NCBI GenBank assembly: GCA_028376655.1
Contig: JAONAZ010000001.1
Span: 40,784-104,783 of the forward strand
Direction: 5' to 3'
Length of the DNA: 64,000 nt
Source of the DNA: Acidimicrobiia bacterium
GTDB lineage: Bacteria > Actinomycetota > Acidimicrobiia > Actinomarinales > Actinomarinaceae
Both the position numbers and the translations under genes were made by a program. The first letter of the stretch is position 1. Every line of letters begins with the position of its first letter. The notes below the pieces were generated by a model. That model was not told the origin of the DNA. It made no database searches and saw only the letters and a list, made by a program, of their open reading frames with translations. Of this stretch, positions 10,862-21,178 are shown one piece after another.

Positions 10862-11680
10862 ATGAATGTTGGTTTATTTACTACTATGACTAATCCTGAA
10901 GACAGAAATGACCCTTGGAAAGAATCTCTTGCATGTTATGAAGATATTGTTGATGACGTAGTTGTTGTAGGTTCTGATTGGCCATATGAATTTTCATGGG
11001 ATCATATTGGTAAAACTTTTCATTCTGGTTTTCAGCAATGTAAGACCGACTGGGTTATTCGAATGGATTTAGATTATTTCTTTCATGAAAAAGATGTGAA
11101 AAGACTTCACCAAGCTCTTTTTGAACACAAGGATGCTCCCGCAATAGCTTTTCCTCAATATCAATTTTTTTCTCCTGAAAGATACCAAATAAAAACATTA
11201 ATTTGCATTGCACTAAATAAAAAGGTGTTTCCCTCAATTAAGCTAAATGGCGGTGGAGATCTTTGTCTACCAACAATTGATGGTAAACTAATTAATCCAT
11301 GGAGTGTCCCTATAGCAAACATACCAGTTTGGCAGTACGATACAGTTTTTAGAACAAAAGAGATTATTTCTGAAGATAGAGCAAGGTTTGCTAGGGCCTG
11401 GTATAGATATTTTAATGACTGGGGTGATAGGGGTGGTGGCACTCCAGAAGAAGCATTTGAAGCTTGGTTTAAAGGTGTTAGTGGTAAATACACAAAGCAT
11501 ACTTTTAAGTCTAAAATTGAAAATCACCCTAAATATATACAAAAAAAATTGGCTTCAATTAAAAAAGATTATTTTGGATATGACCTTTTTGGATTAAAAA
11601 ATAATACAACCTTTAAAATTAAAGAGACTTTTAGAGGTTACAAATTAAATAAAACAATAGAATACAGGTCAGTAATCTAA
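10862..11680 (+). CDS. hypothetical protein
   Basis: 272-aa ORF with clean coding appearance. No recognised motif. Confidence 0.4.
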   Translation: MNVGLFTTMTNPEDRNDPWKESLACYEDIVDDVVVVGSDWPYEFSWDHIGKTFHSGFQQCKTDWVIRMDLDYFFHEKDVKRLHQALFEHKDAPAIAFPQYQFFSPERYQIKTLICIALNKKVFPSIKLNGGGDLCLPTIDGKLINPWSVPIANIPVWQYDTVFRTKEIISEDRARFARAWYRYFNDWGDRGGGTPEEAFEAWFKGVSGKYTKHTFKSKIENHPKYIQKKLASIKKDYFGYDLFGLKNNTTFKIKETFRGYKLNKTIEYRSVI

Positions 11681-11681
11681 T

Positions 11682-12527
11682 ATGAAACAAATAAAATATA
11701 AATTTAACAAATTAGCATTTTTGATTGGTGTAAAAATAGAGTTTTTAAAAGTACATTTTTTTTACCTTGTAAATAAAAATAAAGCTATCAACAATACAAT
11801 AAAAATCAACAGAGAGTATTTAAGTACTATCGACAAGTTTTTACCATTAGATGTCTATTTAAAAAATGATTATGGAGTCCAAAAAAGGATTTACGATGAG
11901 CTTGAAGCAGAGATACCTGAGCTGGTTACATATTCTGACCTTATGGTTTTCTTGATCAATGACTTATTTAAAAATAATATAAGTTATCTAGAAATTGGTG
12001 TTTCTGTTTTGAAAAATTATTTACAAATAAATAATGGCGTGAGAGATTCTATATTAGTTGCCTATGACATAAATGATGTTAATCCTAGTTTCGAAGATTT
12101 TGAAAATATTAAGTTGAACAATAATACTTTGTACTATTTCAAAGGGAGCGTTTTAGATGTAAAAGATACCTCAAAATTTTTAGATTTATATAAAAATAAA
12201 TTTGATTTTGTTTTTTCGGATGCACTCCACACGCCGGAAGCTATCAGATCTGAATATGAACATATAATCAAAAATATTTTGAGTGATGATTTTATAATTT
12301 ACTATGATGACTTAGATTTTGATGGATTAGAGAAAGAGTTTTATGAGATAAAAAAAGATCTTGAGAGTCATAAAAATAAAAAAATAAATTACTACACTTT
12401 TTTCGTATATGGATGGATTGGGTCAAAAGAAAAACTCCATAAAAATGGAATCATTACAAATATTGATTTTTCGGCCTATTTAAAGGAGAGGAATATAAAA
12501 ATTTATGGCTTCGAAGAGGTCAAATAA
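11682..12527 (+). CDS. hypothetical protein, possibly class I SAM-dependent methyltransferase (TylF/CmcI-like)
   Basis: LEIGVSVLKNY...VAYDIND...FDFVFSDALHT resembles methyltransferase motifs I and post-I. Weak. Confidence 0.35.
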   Translation: MKQIKYKFNKLAFLIGVKIEFLKVHFFYLVNKNKAINNTIKINREYLSTIDKFLPLDVYLKNDYGVQKRIYDELEAEIPELVTYSDLMVFLINDLFKNNISYLEIGVSVLKNYLQINNGVRDSILVAYDINDVNPSFEDFENIKLNNNTLYYFKGSVLDVKDTSKFLDLYKNKFDFVFSDALHTPEAIRSEYEHIIKNILSDDFIIYYDDLDFDGLEKEFYEIKKDLESHKNKKINYYTFFVYGWIGSKEKLHKNGIITNIDFSAYLKERNIKIYGFEEVK

Positions 12528-13834
12528 TTATTCCTCAGACTTAATAAATATACAACTATAAGAACATAGCTAGTTAATATTCCAAAGTTAAAATTCACTA
12601 TATCGACATTGTTCCAGTGATTGAGCGAAAGAAAATATAGGAAATGTATTGAAAAATATAAATTTTCCCTCTTTGTCGGGGAATTGTTTAAAAGCTGAGT
12701 AACCAGAATAAGAGTAACTAAAAATCCCAGTGAATATAGATTCAATCTTAAAGGAGGATACCATCCCATAAATGCCCAAAAAGAAAACATGGTTAAAGAC
12801 ACAAAGATAATATTTTTTAAGTCTTTCGAATATTCTTTAGATTTAGAGTCTTTTTCAAATATTAAATTTATAATTATCAAAATAACTGGACCTCCTAAGT
12901 AAATTAGTGTATTTAAAAAATCCCTAAGATAACATTTCATAAATAGAGGGACTGACATGCAGTAATACTCCCCTCCTTCTACGTTGTAATTAATATTTTC
13001 GTAACTAACTAAAATAAAGTCCTTTAACCATATAAACTGTCTCCAATATTCAGTTGCAGCGTTGTACGGTTCAAATCCTTGATATGATATGTAGTAATTC
13101 CAGAAAATTTTTGGCAAGATAACAATAATAACTACAAAAATACTACGCATGATTAGGTTTATATTTATGTCTTTATTTTTAAAATTAGAAAATATCAAAA
13201 AGAATGTACAAATCATAAAAGTCATATTCGCAAGTGAAAGTAAACCCAGAATAAATGCAATAAAATATCCTTTTTTATTAAGAGTGATATTTTTTTGTAA
13301 TAAATAAAAAGATAAGACGAACTGTAAAAATGTTAGGGTTTGGTGACTTGAATCAAAGATTCCAAATTTAAAAATTGGATTTAGTAGCATAATAAATAAT
13401 ACAGAATATTTTCGCCAATTAGATAAAAATAGTTTGTTACGATTAAATGAATTGATGAAAATAAAAAAAGTTATATTTACAATCACCAAATGAGCAGTTA
13501 GAAAAGTTATAAAATTTAACAAAGTTACGTTTACAATAAAATTTTTGAATAGAAAATAAAAAATTTTTAAATAAAGCAGATACAATGGTCTCGTTTGATA
13601 GTTGTAGTCAAACTCAACTATTGAAGAAATATCTCTAACTCCCACAAGATAAAGTTCAAGGTCACAACTTATTGGTATAAAAAATGTGATTTTAAAATAT
13701 TCAGAATAATTAGAAACAAACTCATTACATACAAAGAAACTAAAATTTTCAGGATATAAAATAAACATGTAGCAATATAGAAAAGTGACAGCAATTAGGT
13801 TAAATATTAACAAATCTCTGATTTTGGTTTTCAT
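12503..13834 (-). CDS. polytopic membrane protein (Wzy/O-antigen polymerase-like)
   Basis: 443 aa, about 10-12 TM helices, within the glycan cluster. Confidence 0.45.
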   Translation of the reverse strand: MKTKIRDLLIFNLIAVTFLYCYMFILYPENFSFFVCNEFVSNYSEYFKITFFIPISCDLELYLVGVRDISSIVEFDYNYQTRPLYLLYLKIFYFLFKNFIVNVTLLNFITFLTAHLVIVNITFFIFINSFNRNKLFLSNWRKYSVLFIMLLNPIFKFGIFDSSHQTLTFLQFVLSFYLLQKNITLNKKGYFIAFILGLLSLANMTFMICTFFLIFSNFKNKDININLIMRSIFVVIIVILPKIFWNYYISYQGFEPYNAATEYWRQFIWLKDFILVSYENINYNVEGGEYYCMSVPLFMKCYLRDFLNTLIYLGGPVILIIINLIFEKDSKSKEYSKDLKNIIFVSLTMFSFWAFMGWYPPLRLNLYSLGFLVTLILVTQLLNNSPTKRENLYFSIHFLYFLSLNHWNNVDIVNFNFGILTSYVLIVVYLLSLRNNYLTSSKP

Positions 13835-14943
13835 GGTTTGATTATCCGTAATTTTATATCTTGATTTTCTTTCATTTCGTTAACCATGGAAAGTGCCCAC
13901 AACAAGAGCATGCTGCCATGTATATCTGGTACAGGCTCACCTTTTGTAATTCTTAAACCATAGTAAAAAATTTGGCTTTGATTAAGATAATAAGAAAATC
14001 CACCCTCTCTCACAAAATAGTGTTTTGATATAGATTCAAGAAGTCCATCTAAATAACTGAGTATTTCTTTTTTCCTATAATTTGTTTGTTTAGAACAAAT
14101 ATAGAGTATGTATACAATATCTACTAGGTCGCAACCTTTGTTAGAGGGAGCTATCCTTAAACAAGTGTCAATTAATTTATCTGGAAGATGAACTTTTATA
14201 TTGAGCCAATCTAATCCAGTTAATATCTTCATCGTGCCATTGATTATTTCTGAATCTGAGGGAGTACTTCCTTTAAAGTAACAACCAGTTTCTAAGCTAA
14301 GTAACTCTTCGCTAAAAGTAGATAGTTCATTTTTATTTTTTAAATAATTAGACGATCTAAAATCTTGAGTTTCAAGAAATACACACAGACCAGAAAATTG
14401 TGCTCCCGAATTCCATGGTTTTGTCCAATCTAAAGAATTAAGATAGGAAGTTACTGAATCAGTTTTAATTATGTCACTTTCGTAATGTAGATTATTTGTA
14501 AATCCAACTTGATGTAAAGAAGAAATCGCCTGTTTAGTTTCAGCTCTTATAAATTCATCTATTTCTACATTTTTTTTCTTGTAATTTCTGTTGAGTATTT
14601 TTTTTGCTTGCCTTTTTGCTTCAGTGTTTATATCAAATTTTTTTATAATTGAATAATAATCTTTATCTATGAATGAATTTTTAGGAAGATTGTCTATTTG
14701 ATTATCTTGAAAACTATTTATTAAGTTAATCCATTCAGTTTTTTTTTGAGTTGATAAATCATCCCATGCATCTAAAATATACATACACTTTAAGGCAAAA
14801 CATGAAAATCCAAGTGTTAGCTTACTGCCAGCAGGTGTAAGACCTTGCGTGGCTGGATAATAATATCCTGTTTTTTCTTTTTCTAAAGACGATAAAAATG
14901 AGAGGAAATTTTCTTTAAAGCCTTCATTTATTTTTAATTTCAT
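13831..14943 (-). CDS. hypothetical protein (possible alpha/alpha-barrel fold)
   Basis: 370-aa ORF overlapping the downstream gene by 4 bp. GGFSYY and HGSMLLLWAL are motifs reminiscent of alpha/alpha toroid enzymes. Speculative. Confidence 0.4.
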   Translation of the reverse strand: MKLKINEGFKENFLSFLSSLEKEKTGYYYPATQGLTPAGSKLTLGFSCFALKCMYILDAWDDLSTQKKTEWINLINSFQDNQIDNLPKNSFIDKDYYSIIKKFDINTEAKRQAKKILNRNYKKKNVEIDEFIRAETKQAISSLHQVGFTNNLHYESDIIKTDSVTSYLNSLDWTKPWNSGAQFSGLCVFLETQDFRSSNYLKNKNELSTFSEELLSLETGCYFKGSTPSDSEIINGTMKILTGLDWLNIKVHLPDKLIDTCLRIAPSNKGCDLVDIVYILYICSKQTNYRKKEILSYLDGLLESISKHYFVREGGFSYYLNQSQIFYYGLRITKGEPVPDIHGSMLLLWALSMVNEMKENQDIKLRIIKP

Positions 14944-14977
14944 ATGTAAATGTTAATAAGTTTATACAATAGTATGT

Positions 14978-15910
14978 GTGAATAATTTTGTATATGCAGT
15001 TGATGAAAACTACAACACCCAGCTATTTTATTCAATTTTTAGCCTTCTAGACAATTTTGATTCGGATGTGAATGTCTATGTAATACATAAAAATCCTGAG
15101 TCTTTTATAAACTATAAGCAATCTTTAGAAAATAGTTATAAAATACTAAATCTAAATATTTATAAATTTCATTTCAGTAACTTTGATTTCCCAAATATAA
15201 AAGATAAACATGTTTCAGAGGCTACATATTACAGATTATTTATAGACCAGATTATTCCTAAAGAAATTGATTTTTACACATACCTTGATGCAGATATTAT
15301 TTGTATAAATACTCCCATGCAATATCTATCAGAAGTAATAAGTGAGCTTACTTGTGGTGAACAGATTATTGGATGCAGAACCGAAAAAAATTTAATCACT
15401 GAAAACAAAGAGTCTTTTGAACTACTAGGTATGCAATCATCAAAATATTTTAATGCTGGAGTTATGGTTGTAAATCATCAAAAATGGCAAACTGAAAATG
15501 TGGGAGCAAAGTTACTTGAAAAGCTTAATGAAATAAAAGATAAAATCAACTATTGGGATCAAGATGTTTTGAATTCTTTTTTTGATGGAAGATATAAAGA
15601 ACTTTCTCTAAATTTAAACTATCCAATAAATCTTCGCTGGCCGATGGACTGTAAAGATATATCTTCAAAGGGAATATTTTTGCACTATCAAAGCAATAAT
15701 AAACCGTGGTCCATAAGAGGTTGTTTCAACTTAGGGAGTAGTTTTTATCAAGATATTGCTCTAAAAACAGAGAGCAAACACCACCTGGTAAAGACTGTAA
15801 GAAGGTTTGATCTTTTACATCTAATTATTGATACCTTTAAATTAAATTTCAGAAATATCTCAGAACCTTTCAAGTTTTATAAATTAGCTATTAGAAAAAT
15901 ATTTAGATGA
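14978..15910 (+). CDS. family 8 glycosyltransferase (LPS glucosyl/galactosyltransferase type)
   Basis: YAVDENY..., YLDADIICI (DxD), KYFNAGVMVVN and WDQDVLN are characteristic GT8 motifs. Confidence 0.8.
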   Translation: MNNFVYAVDENYNTQLFYSIFSLLDNFDSDVNVYVIHKNPESFINYKQSLENSYKILNLNIYKFHFSNFDFPNIKDKHVSEATYYRLFIDQIIPKEIDFYTYLDADIICINTPMQYLSEVISELTCGEQIIGCRTEKNLITENKESFELLGMQSSKYFNAGVMVVNHQKWQTENVGAKLLEKLNEIKDKINYWDQDVLNSFFDGRYKELSLNLNYPINLRWPMDCKDISSKGIFLHYQSNNKPWSIRGCFNLGSSFYQDIALKTESKHHLVKTVRRFDLLHLIIDTFKLNFRNISEPFKFYKLAIRKIFR

Positions 15911-15928
15911 TGGATATACAATAAAAAA

Positions 15929-16852
15929 ATGAAGGTATTAATTTTCGGAAGTAAAGGTTTAGTTGGTAGTTCTGTCTCAAAGAAGATTACTGAAGTTGAA
16001 CCCAGTTATAAGCTTGTTAAGTCAAGTAGAGAAGATACAAATCTATTTTCATATATTGAAACATCTAAAAAAATTAAAGAAGAAAAGCCAGATGTAGTAA
16101 TAATTGCCGCAGCAAAAGTTGGTGGAATTTATGCTAACAATACAAATAGATATCAATTTATAGTTGAAAATTTAAAAATAAATTTAAACATTCTTGAAGC
16201 ATTAGCTGAATACTCAAAAACAAAAATTATAAATATTGGAAGTAGCTGCATCTATCCACTAGGTGTAAAAAATCCTATTTCGGAAGATAGTCTTATGACT
16301 GGTAAACTAGAACCAACGAATTCCCCATATTCAATGGCCAAACTTGTCTCAGTTGAGCTTGGTAAAACATTGAAAACCCAATTTGGACACGAAGTAATTA
16401 ATCTCATGCCAACCAATTTGTATGGACCGAATGATAAATTTGAAGAAATGAACAGCCATGTAATACCAGGACTTATGTACAAAATGCATGAAGCAAAAGT
16501 TAAAGGTGCAAAGACTGTTGAAATATGGGGAAGTGGAAATCCTCTTAGAGAATTCATGCATGTCGATGATTTGGCATCAGCAATTATATTTTTATTAAAA
16601 AAAGAAGTTAGTCAAGATATATTGAACATTGGATCTGGAGAAGAAGTATCTATTAAAGTTCTTGCTAATAAAATCAAATCTGTTGTTAATTTTGAAGGAG
16701 AATTAATTTTTAATGATAAATTTCCTGATGGTAATCCTAAAAAACTCCTTGACTCAAGTGCAATTAATAAATTAGGTTGGAGTTCTTCGATTGATCTTGA
16801 TTCAGGCCTTAAATCAACATATGAATGGTACAAAAATACTTTAACTACTTAA
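15929..16852 (+). CDS. fcl: GDP-L-fucose synthase (GDP-4-keto-6-deoxy-D-mannose 3,5-epimerase/4-reductase)
   Basis: Near full-length similarity to E. coli Fcl: AAAKVGGIYANNT, GSSCIYP, TLEPTNSPYSMAKL, PTNLYGPND, WGSGNPLREFMHVDDLA. Confidence 0.9.
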   Translation: MKVLIFGSKGLVGSSVSKKITEVEPSYKLVKSSREDTNLFSYIETSKKIKEEKPDVVIIAAAKVGGIYANNTNRYQFIVENLKINLNILEALAEYSKTKIINIGSSCIYPLGVKNPISEDSLMTGKLEPTNSPYSMAKLVSVELGKTLKTQFGHEVINLMPTNLYGPNDKFEEMNSHVIPGLMYKMHEAKVKGAKTVEIWGSGNPLREFMHVDDLASAIIFLLKKEVSQDILNIGSGEEVSIKVLANKIKSVVNFEGELIFNDKFPDGNPKKLLDSSAINKLGWSSSIDLDSGLKSTYEWYKNTLTT

Positions 16853-17881
16853 GGGATGTTCCCATGTTGGGGTTATAAGATTTTCATCAAGCAATACTTT
16901 ATCTTTTTTTGCTAATTCTAAATCGCTTTCACACATAAGTTTGACTAGGTCTTCAAAAGATGTTTTAGGTTTCCAATCTAGTAATTCACTGGCTTTTGAA
17001 TAATCTCCAAGTAGATAATCAACTTCATTAGGTCTAAAGTATTTTTCTGAAGTTATTACATACTTTTCCCAATCTAAATCATAGAGACTAAATGCAATTG
17101 AGAGGAAATCCTTGATCGTATGGGTTTCTCCTGTTGCCAATACCCAATCATCTGGAGTGTTGTACTGCATCATTTTCCACATACCCTCGACGTAGTCTCC
17201 AGCAAAACCCCAGTCTCGTGAAGCATCGAGATTCCCTAATGTTAGTTTTTCTTGAATTCCAAGCACTATTCTGCCTAATGCACGAGTAATTTTTCTAGTA
17301 ACAAATGTTTGTCCTCTAAGGGGAGACTCATGATTAAATAATATCCCATTTACACAAAATAAGTCATATGAATCTCTATACATCTTTGTCATATTGTGGG
17401 CAAAAACTTTTGATGCAGCATAAGGACTTTTTGGGTCAAAAGGTGACTTTTCATTTAGAGAAACTTTTTCGCTTCCTCCAAACATCTCTGATGAAGAAGC
17501 CTGATAAAATTTTACATCTTTTTCAGAATATCGAATTGCCTCTAACATTGAGAGAGGTCCCATATTTCCCGTCTGTGTGGTGTAAACAGGATTCTTAAAT
17601 GACACCATAACATGTGATTGAGCTGCAAGGTTGTAAATTTCGTCAGGATTAATTGACTGAATTAAGGTATTAAGGGATGACGAGTCAAGAAGATCTGAAT
17701 AATGCAATTTAAATTTACCAGATTCTTGGTATTTTGATATTAAATCATCAATTCTATAGGTGTTTATACTTGAAGACCTCCTAACTGTTCCATGAACTGT
17801 GTATTCTTTATCAATTAAAAAGTTTGAAAGGTAACTTCCATCTTGACCTGTGACTCCTGTAATTAGTGCAACTTTTCCCAT
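16841..17881 (-). CDS. gmd: GDP-mannose 4,6-dehydratase
   Basis: MGKVALITGVTGQDGSYLSNFL, YNLAAQSHV, GILFNHESPLRGQTFVTRKITRA and LGNLDASRDWG closely match E. coli Gmd. Confidence 0.9.
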   Translation of the reverse strand: MGKVALITGVTGQDGSYLSNFLIDKEYTVHGTVRRSSSINTYRIDDLISKYQESGKFKLHYSDLLDSSSLNTLIQSINPDEIYNLAAQSHVMVSFKNPVYTTQTGNMGPLSMLEAIRYSEKDVKFYQASSSEMFGGSEKVSLNEKSPFDPKSPYAASKVFAHNMTKMYRDSYDLFCVNGILFNHESPLRGQTFVTRKITRALGRIVLGIQEKLTLGNLDASRDWGFAGDYVEGMWKMMQYNTPDDWVLATGETHTIKDFLSIAFSLYDLDWEKYVITSEKYFRPNEVDYLLGDYSKASELLDWKPKTSFEDLVKLMCESDLELAKKDKVLLDENLITPTWEHPLSS

Positions 17882-17891
17882 AAAATGTACT

Positions 17892-19208
17892 TTAATCTTG
17901 TTTTTGTAAAAAGTAGCCTATGAAAAAATAATAAAGCATTGGAAACTGAACCCCATCCATTGTTATGTCTAATGATGACATAACAAGGCAGGGAACTAAA
18001 AATGTATATGCATGTTGTTTTAAATTTGAAGATTTAAGTTTTTGTAATACCTGGTAATAAATATATACAAATAATATAAAATTCAAAATCCCTCCTCGAG
18101 CAAATGTTGTCATAAAGAAATTATGAACATGTTCATTTAATCCATCACGTCCTAACCTTCCAGGGGCAGATGGATCTGTCATAACCGGTATTATTGACTC
18201 ATAACCATATCCGTATATCATTAAATTTTTATTATTCAGGTCGCTAATAACATCTTGCCAAATATCTAATCTCCAATTTGTCGTTGGATCCGTTGAAAAT
18301 ATTCTTCCTTCACTAAAATAAAGAGATAAAAAAACATCTTGGGTACTTTTTTCATCTGCGATATTGGATACAACTTTTGGTAAATCAGATATCCCAACAG
18401 ACTCAGGAGAGCTTTGATCAGCACCAATATTACTTACCCTAAGCGAAGAATATGAAAATACTACAACGTTCAATAAAACAAACAATATTACTTTCCACGA
18501 CATATCTTTAAGAAGTTTTTTTTCGAAAAAATTATAAAATATAACAAACAAAAATAGACCCAGTACAGCACCCCTACTATTTAAAGCAATTAAGGGTAAG
18601 AATAAAAAAGAGGTTAAGTTAGCAAAATAAATTGCAAATACTTTGTTTTCGGTATATAAAAAAAGGAATAAAGTTGAAATAATTATTATTAGTACCATAT
18701 CTGCAGCTTTCATAAATTGAAACTTGTCAGAATATTCAATAAAAAAATTAATAATAAAATTTGGGAAGTTTCCTGTTTGAAAAATATAAACAGTAAAAGG
18801 CAATAGAAAGAAACCTAATTTAATTAAAACGTCATTATTGGAAATTGATGAGACAAAAAGACCAATAAATATAAACGATATTGTCCAGATTGTAGAGCTT
18901 GATTTAAATAAATATAGATCAATATTTCTAAAATCTGAAAAACTTCTAATCAGAAATAAGATAATTATTGCCTTATACAAAATCGTAATTTTAGATTCTT
19001 TCAACCTAAATATTGCTTCTGGTTTTTCAAAAAATAAAAAGTATAGAGCAGTCGTTAAGCCGACTCCAACCAAAAGCTCACCTATTCGAAATCCTAGAAT
19101 AGATAGACCAATAAATGATCTTGTAAATAAAGATGTACAAAAAATAAAAGCGAATACTAAATATGTAAAGATTTTCTTGACTGAAAGTGATTTAATAATT
19201 GTTTGCAT
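17892..19208 (-). CDS. polytopic membrane protein (O-antigen polymerase/ligase-like)
   Basis: 438 aa, multiple TM helices flanking a large periplasmic-type loop, the topology typical of Wzy/WaaL-like proteins. Confidence 0.45.
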   Translation of the reverse strand: MQTIIKSLSVKKIFTYLVFAFIFCTSLFTRSFIGLSILGFRIGELLVGVGLTTALYFLFFEKPEAIFRLKESKITILYKAIIILFLIRSFSDFRNIDLYLFKSSSTIWTISFIFIGLFVSSISNNDVLIKLGFFLLPFTVYIFQTGNFPNFIINFFIEYSDKFQFMKAADMVLIIIISTLFLFLYTENKVFAIYFANLTSFLFLPLIALNSRGAVLGLFLFVIFYNFFEKKLLKDMSWKVILFVLLNVVVFSYSSLRVSNIGADQSSPESVGISDLPKVVSNIADEKSTQDVFLSLYFSEGRIFSTDPTTNWRLDIWQDVISDLNNKNLMIYGYGYESIIPVMTDPSAPGRLGRDGLNEHVHNFFMTTFARGGILNFILFVYIYYQVLQKLKSSNLKQHAYTFLVPCLVMSSLDITMDGVQFPMLYYFFIGYFLQKQD

Positions 19209-19209
19209 C

Positions 19210-20265
19210 TTATTTACTCTTTGTTAATTTTAATTTCCTTCTAGCCAAATATATTCTCTTAGCTATAGCATTTTGCTTATTGATTAAATTTCTTTTACTA
19301 AGTATATTATCCCTTTTTTCAAGCATATCATTAAACATTCTTTCAAATGCTTTGCACATATTTTGAGAATTAAAAGGATATTTTTCCATATGTTTTAAGT
19401 GTTTGTCATAGTTAGTTCTCATCTCTTCTAAAATTTCAGAAAAATTATCTTTGTTAAATTCAAGTCCAAATCCGTGACAATATTCGGGGATACCTCCGCT
19501 ATTTATATACAAAACAGGTAAGCCACACTGTGCACCCTCTATGTGGTGGTTCCCCGAGGGTTCGTTCAAAGATGCAGTTAAGTACACGTGATTTTTTTTA
19601 ATTTCTTTAGCTAGATTGCTTCCTGATAAGGGTTTTATTACTTTTGTATTTTTAAAACTAAAGTTTTTTGGCAAATTTCCGATATAAGTAAACTCAAAAT
19701 AATTTTTATAAAAGCTTTCTTCCAATAAATTGTCTAATTTTGAATATATATCAAAACCTTTATTCCAATTAGCTCCCCAGTGGTGAGTCACAATTTTTAG
19801 CTTTTCTTCCTGATTCCACGATGCCCTACCTTTCTCATTAAATATAGCCCTATCAGCACCTGCAAGAATTACATGATTTTGTTTTTTGTTTATTCCTTGT
19901 TCTTCATAAACATCTCTGAGCCAAGTACTAACAAAAACCGTATAATCAGCAACTTTATTTGCCTCAATTAAATACTTATTTACGTAATTTGTATTTTTGC
20001 GCTCATCACATTCATTTACCCTATGGACAACCAGCGTCTTGCCGTTGATGTAATTTAAATAATTTTCAACATCTATATGTGTATAAGCTGATGACTCCGA
20101 GGTTCTCCTGGGTTCTGTTAGTAAGATTATATCAATATCACTGTCATTTAAATCTGTGACTACTTTATGACCTTTAGTCTCTAAATATTTTTTTATATTA
20201 ATTGCAAATAAGTTTCCCCCACCCCAAGGGCCCTCTTTAATGTTTGTACCTATACTAACTTTCAT
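19210..20265 (-). CDS. GT-B fold glycosyltransferase (GT4-like)
   Basis: C-terminal NEPSGNHHIEGAQCGLPVLYINSGGIPEY resembles the GT4 E-x7-E nucleotide-sugar binding region. Confidence 0.5.
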   Translation of the reverse strand: MKVSIGTNIKEGPWGGGNLFAINIKKYLETKGHKVVTDLNDSDIDIILLTEPRRTSESSAYTHIDVENYLNYINGKTLVVHRVNECDERKNTNYVNKYLIEANKVADYTVFVSTWLRDVYEEQGINKKQNHVILAGADRAIFNEKGRASWNQEEKLKIVTHHWGANWNKGFDIYSKLDNLLEESFYKNYFEFTYIGNLPKNFSFKNTKVIKPLSGSNLAKEIKKNHVYLTASLNEPSGNHHIEGAQCGLPVLYINSGGIPEYCHGFGLEFNKDNFSEILEEMRTNYDKHLKHMEKYPFNSQNMCKAFERMFNDMLEKRDNILSKRNLINKQNAIAKRIYLARRKLKLTKSK

Positions 20266-21178
20266 ATAAGTCCTTAAATATATCTATGAAAGGTAAAAAA
20301 CCGTTGGGGATTTTTATATTTTGAACTTTCTCGAAAGCGTAATTTACATCTGGGTATGCTTTTTGATGTTCGTTAATTTTAAATATTGAGTTAGGGCTTA
20401 ATATTTCACTTGCATAACCAACATTTGTTGAAATTATAGGTGTTTTTGTTACCGCTGACTCAAAAATAGATCTTGGTCCTCCTTCGACTCTTGATGAAAC
20501 AATATAGAGATCTAAGAGGTTGTAAAGTTCATTCAACTCTTTGTACGATGCCATTTCAAAATAGTAATACGGGATATTGTTTTCTTTAAATAGGTTTATT
20601 AAATATTGTCGCCGGGTCCCAGCAAGAAGTACCTTTGTATTATTATTTTCTCTTAATTTTTCTTTTACTATTTCGAAAAAAATATCGGGCCCTTTTGATA
20701 GCTTAGGAGTTTTAAGGTCGAACCCCTCAGTATCTCTTTGAAATGAGCCAATAATGAATGCTTCTTCTGGTATTTCATATTTTTTTCTGAGTTGCTCTTT
20801 ATTCTTAATATTAAAAAAAGTACTTTCATCTATCCAAAATGGTGCAACAGATATTTTTTTATCTGTAAGTTTAGATAATTGATTTTTAGTTATCTCGCAA
20901 ATAACATGGTATTCATTTACAAATCCATCTCTTTCGTAAAAATTTTTTTCTTCTATCGAATCAAACTTCTCAAAATCTATGTGGTGTATTGTACAAAGTA
21001 CTTTTTTACTATCTAAATATTTTTTTTTAGTTTTATTCCAAGTCCAAGGGGCAATTATCCATATTATGTCACTCTTTTTGATTTTATCCGTAATGTAACC
21101 ACTATTGTGTTCTTCCCATTCTAAAATGAACTTATCTACAACCCAGTTTTCCTTGATTTTATTAGTAAAAATTTTCAT
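20255..21178 (-). CDS. GT-B fold glycosyltransferase (GT4-like)
   Basis: VLLAGTRRQ...YIVSSRVEGGPRSIFESAVTKTPIISTNVG is a GT1/GT4-type C-terminal domain. Confidence 0.5.
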   Translation of the reverse strand: MKIFTNKIKENWVVDKFILEWEEHNSGYITDKIKKSDIIWIIAPWTWNKTKKKYLDSKKVLCTIHHIDFEKFDSIEEKNFYERDGFVNEYHVICEITKNQLSKLTDKKISVAPFWIDESTFFNIKNKEQLRKKYEIPEEAFIIGSFQRDTEGFDLKTPKLSKGPDIFFEIVKEKLRENNNTKVLLAGTRRQYLINLFKENNIPYYYFEMASYKELNELYNLLDLYIVSSRVEGGPRSIFESAVTKTPIISTNVGYASEILSPNSIFKINEHQKAYPDVNYAFEKVQNIKIPNGFLPFIDIFKDLYES

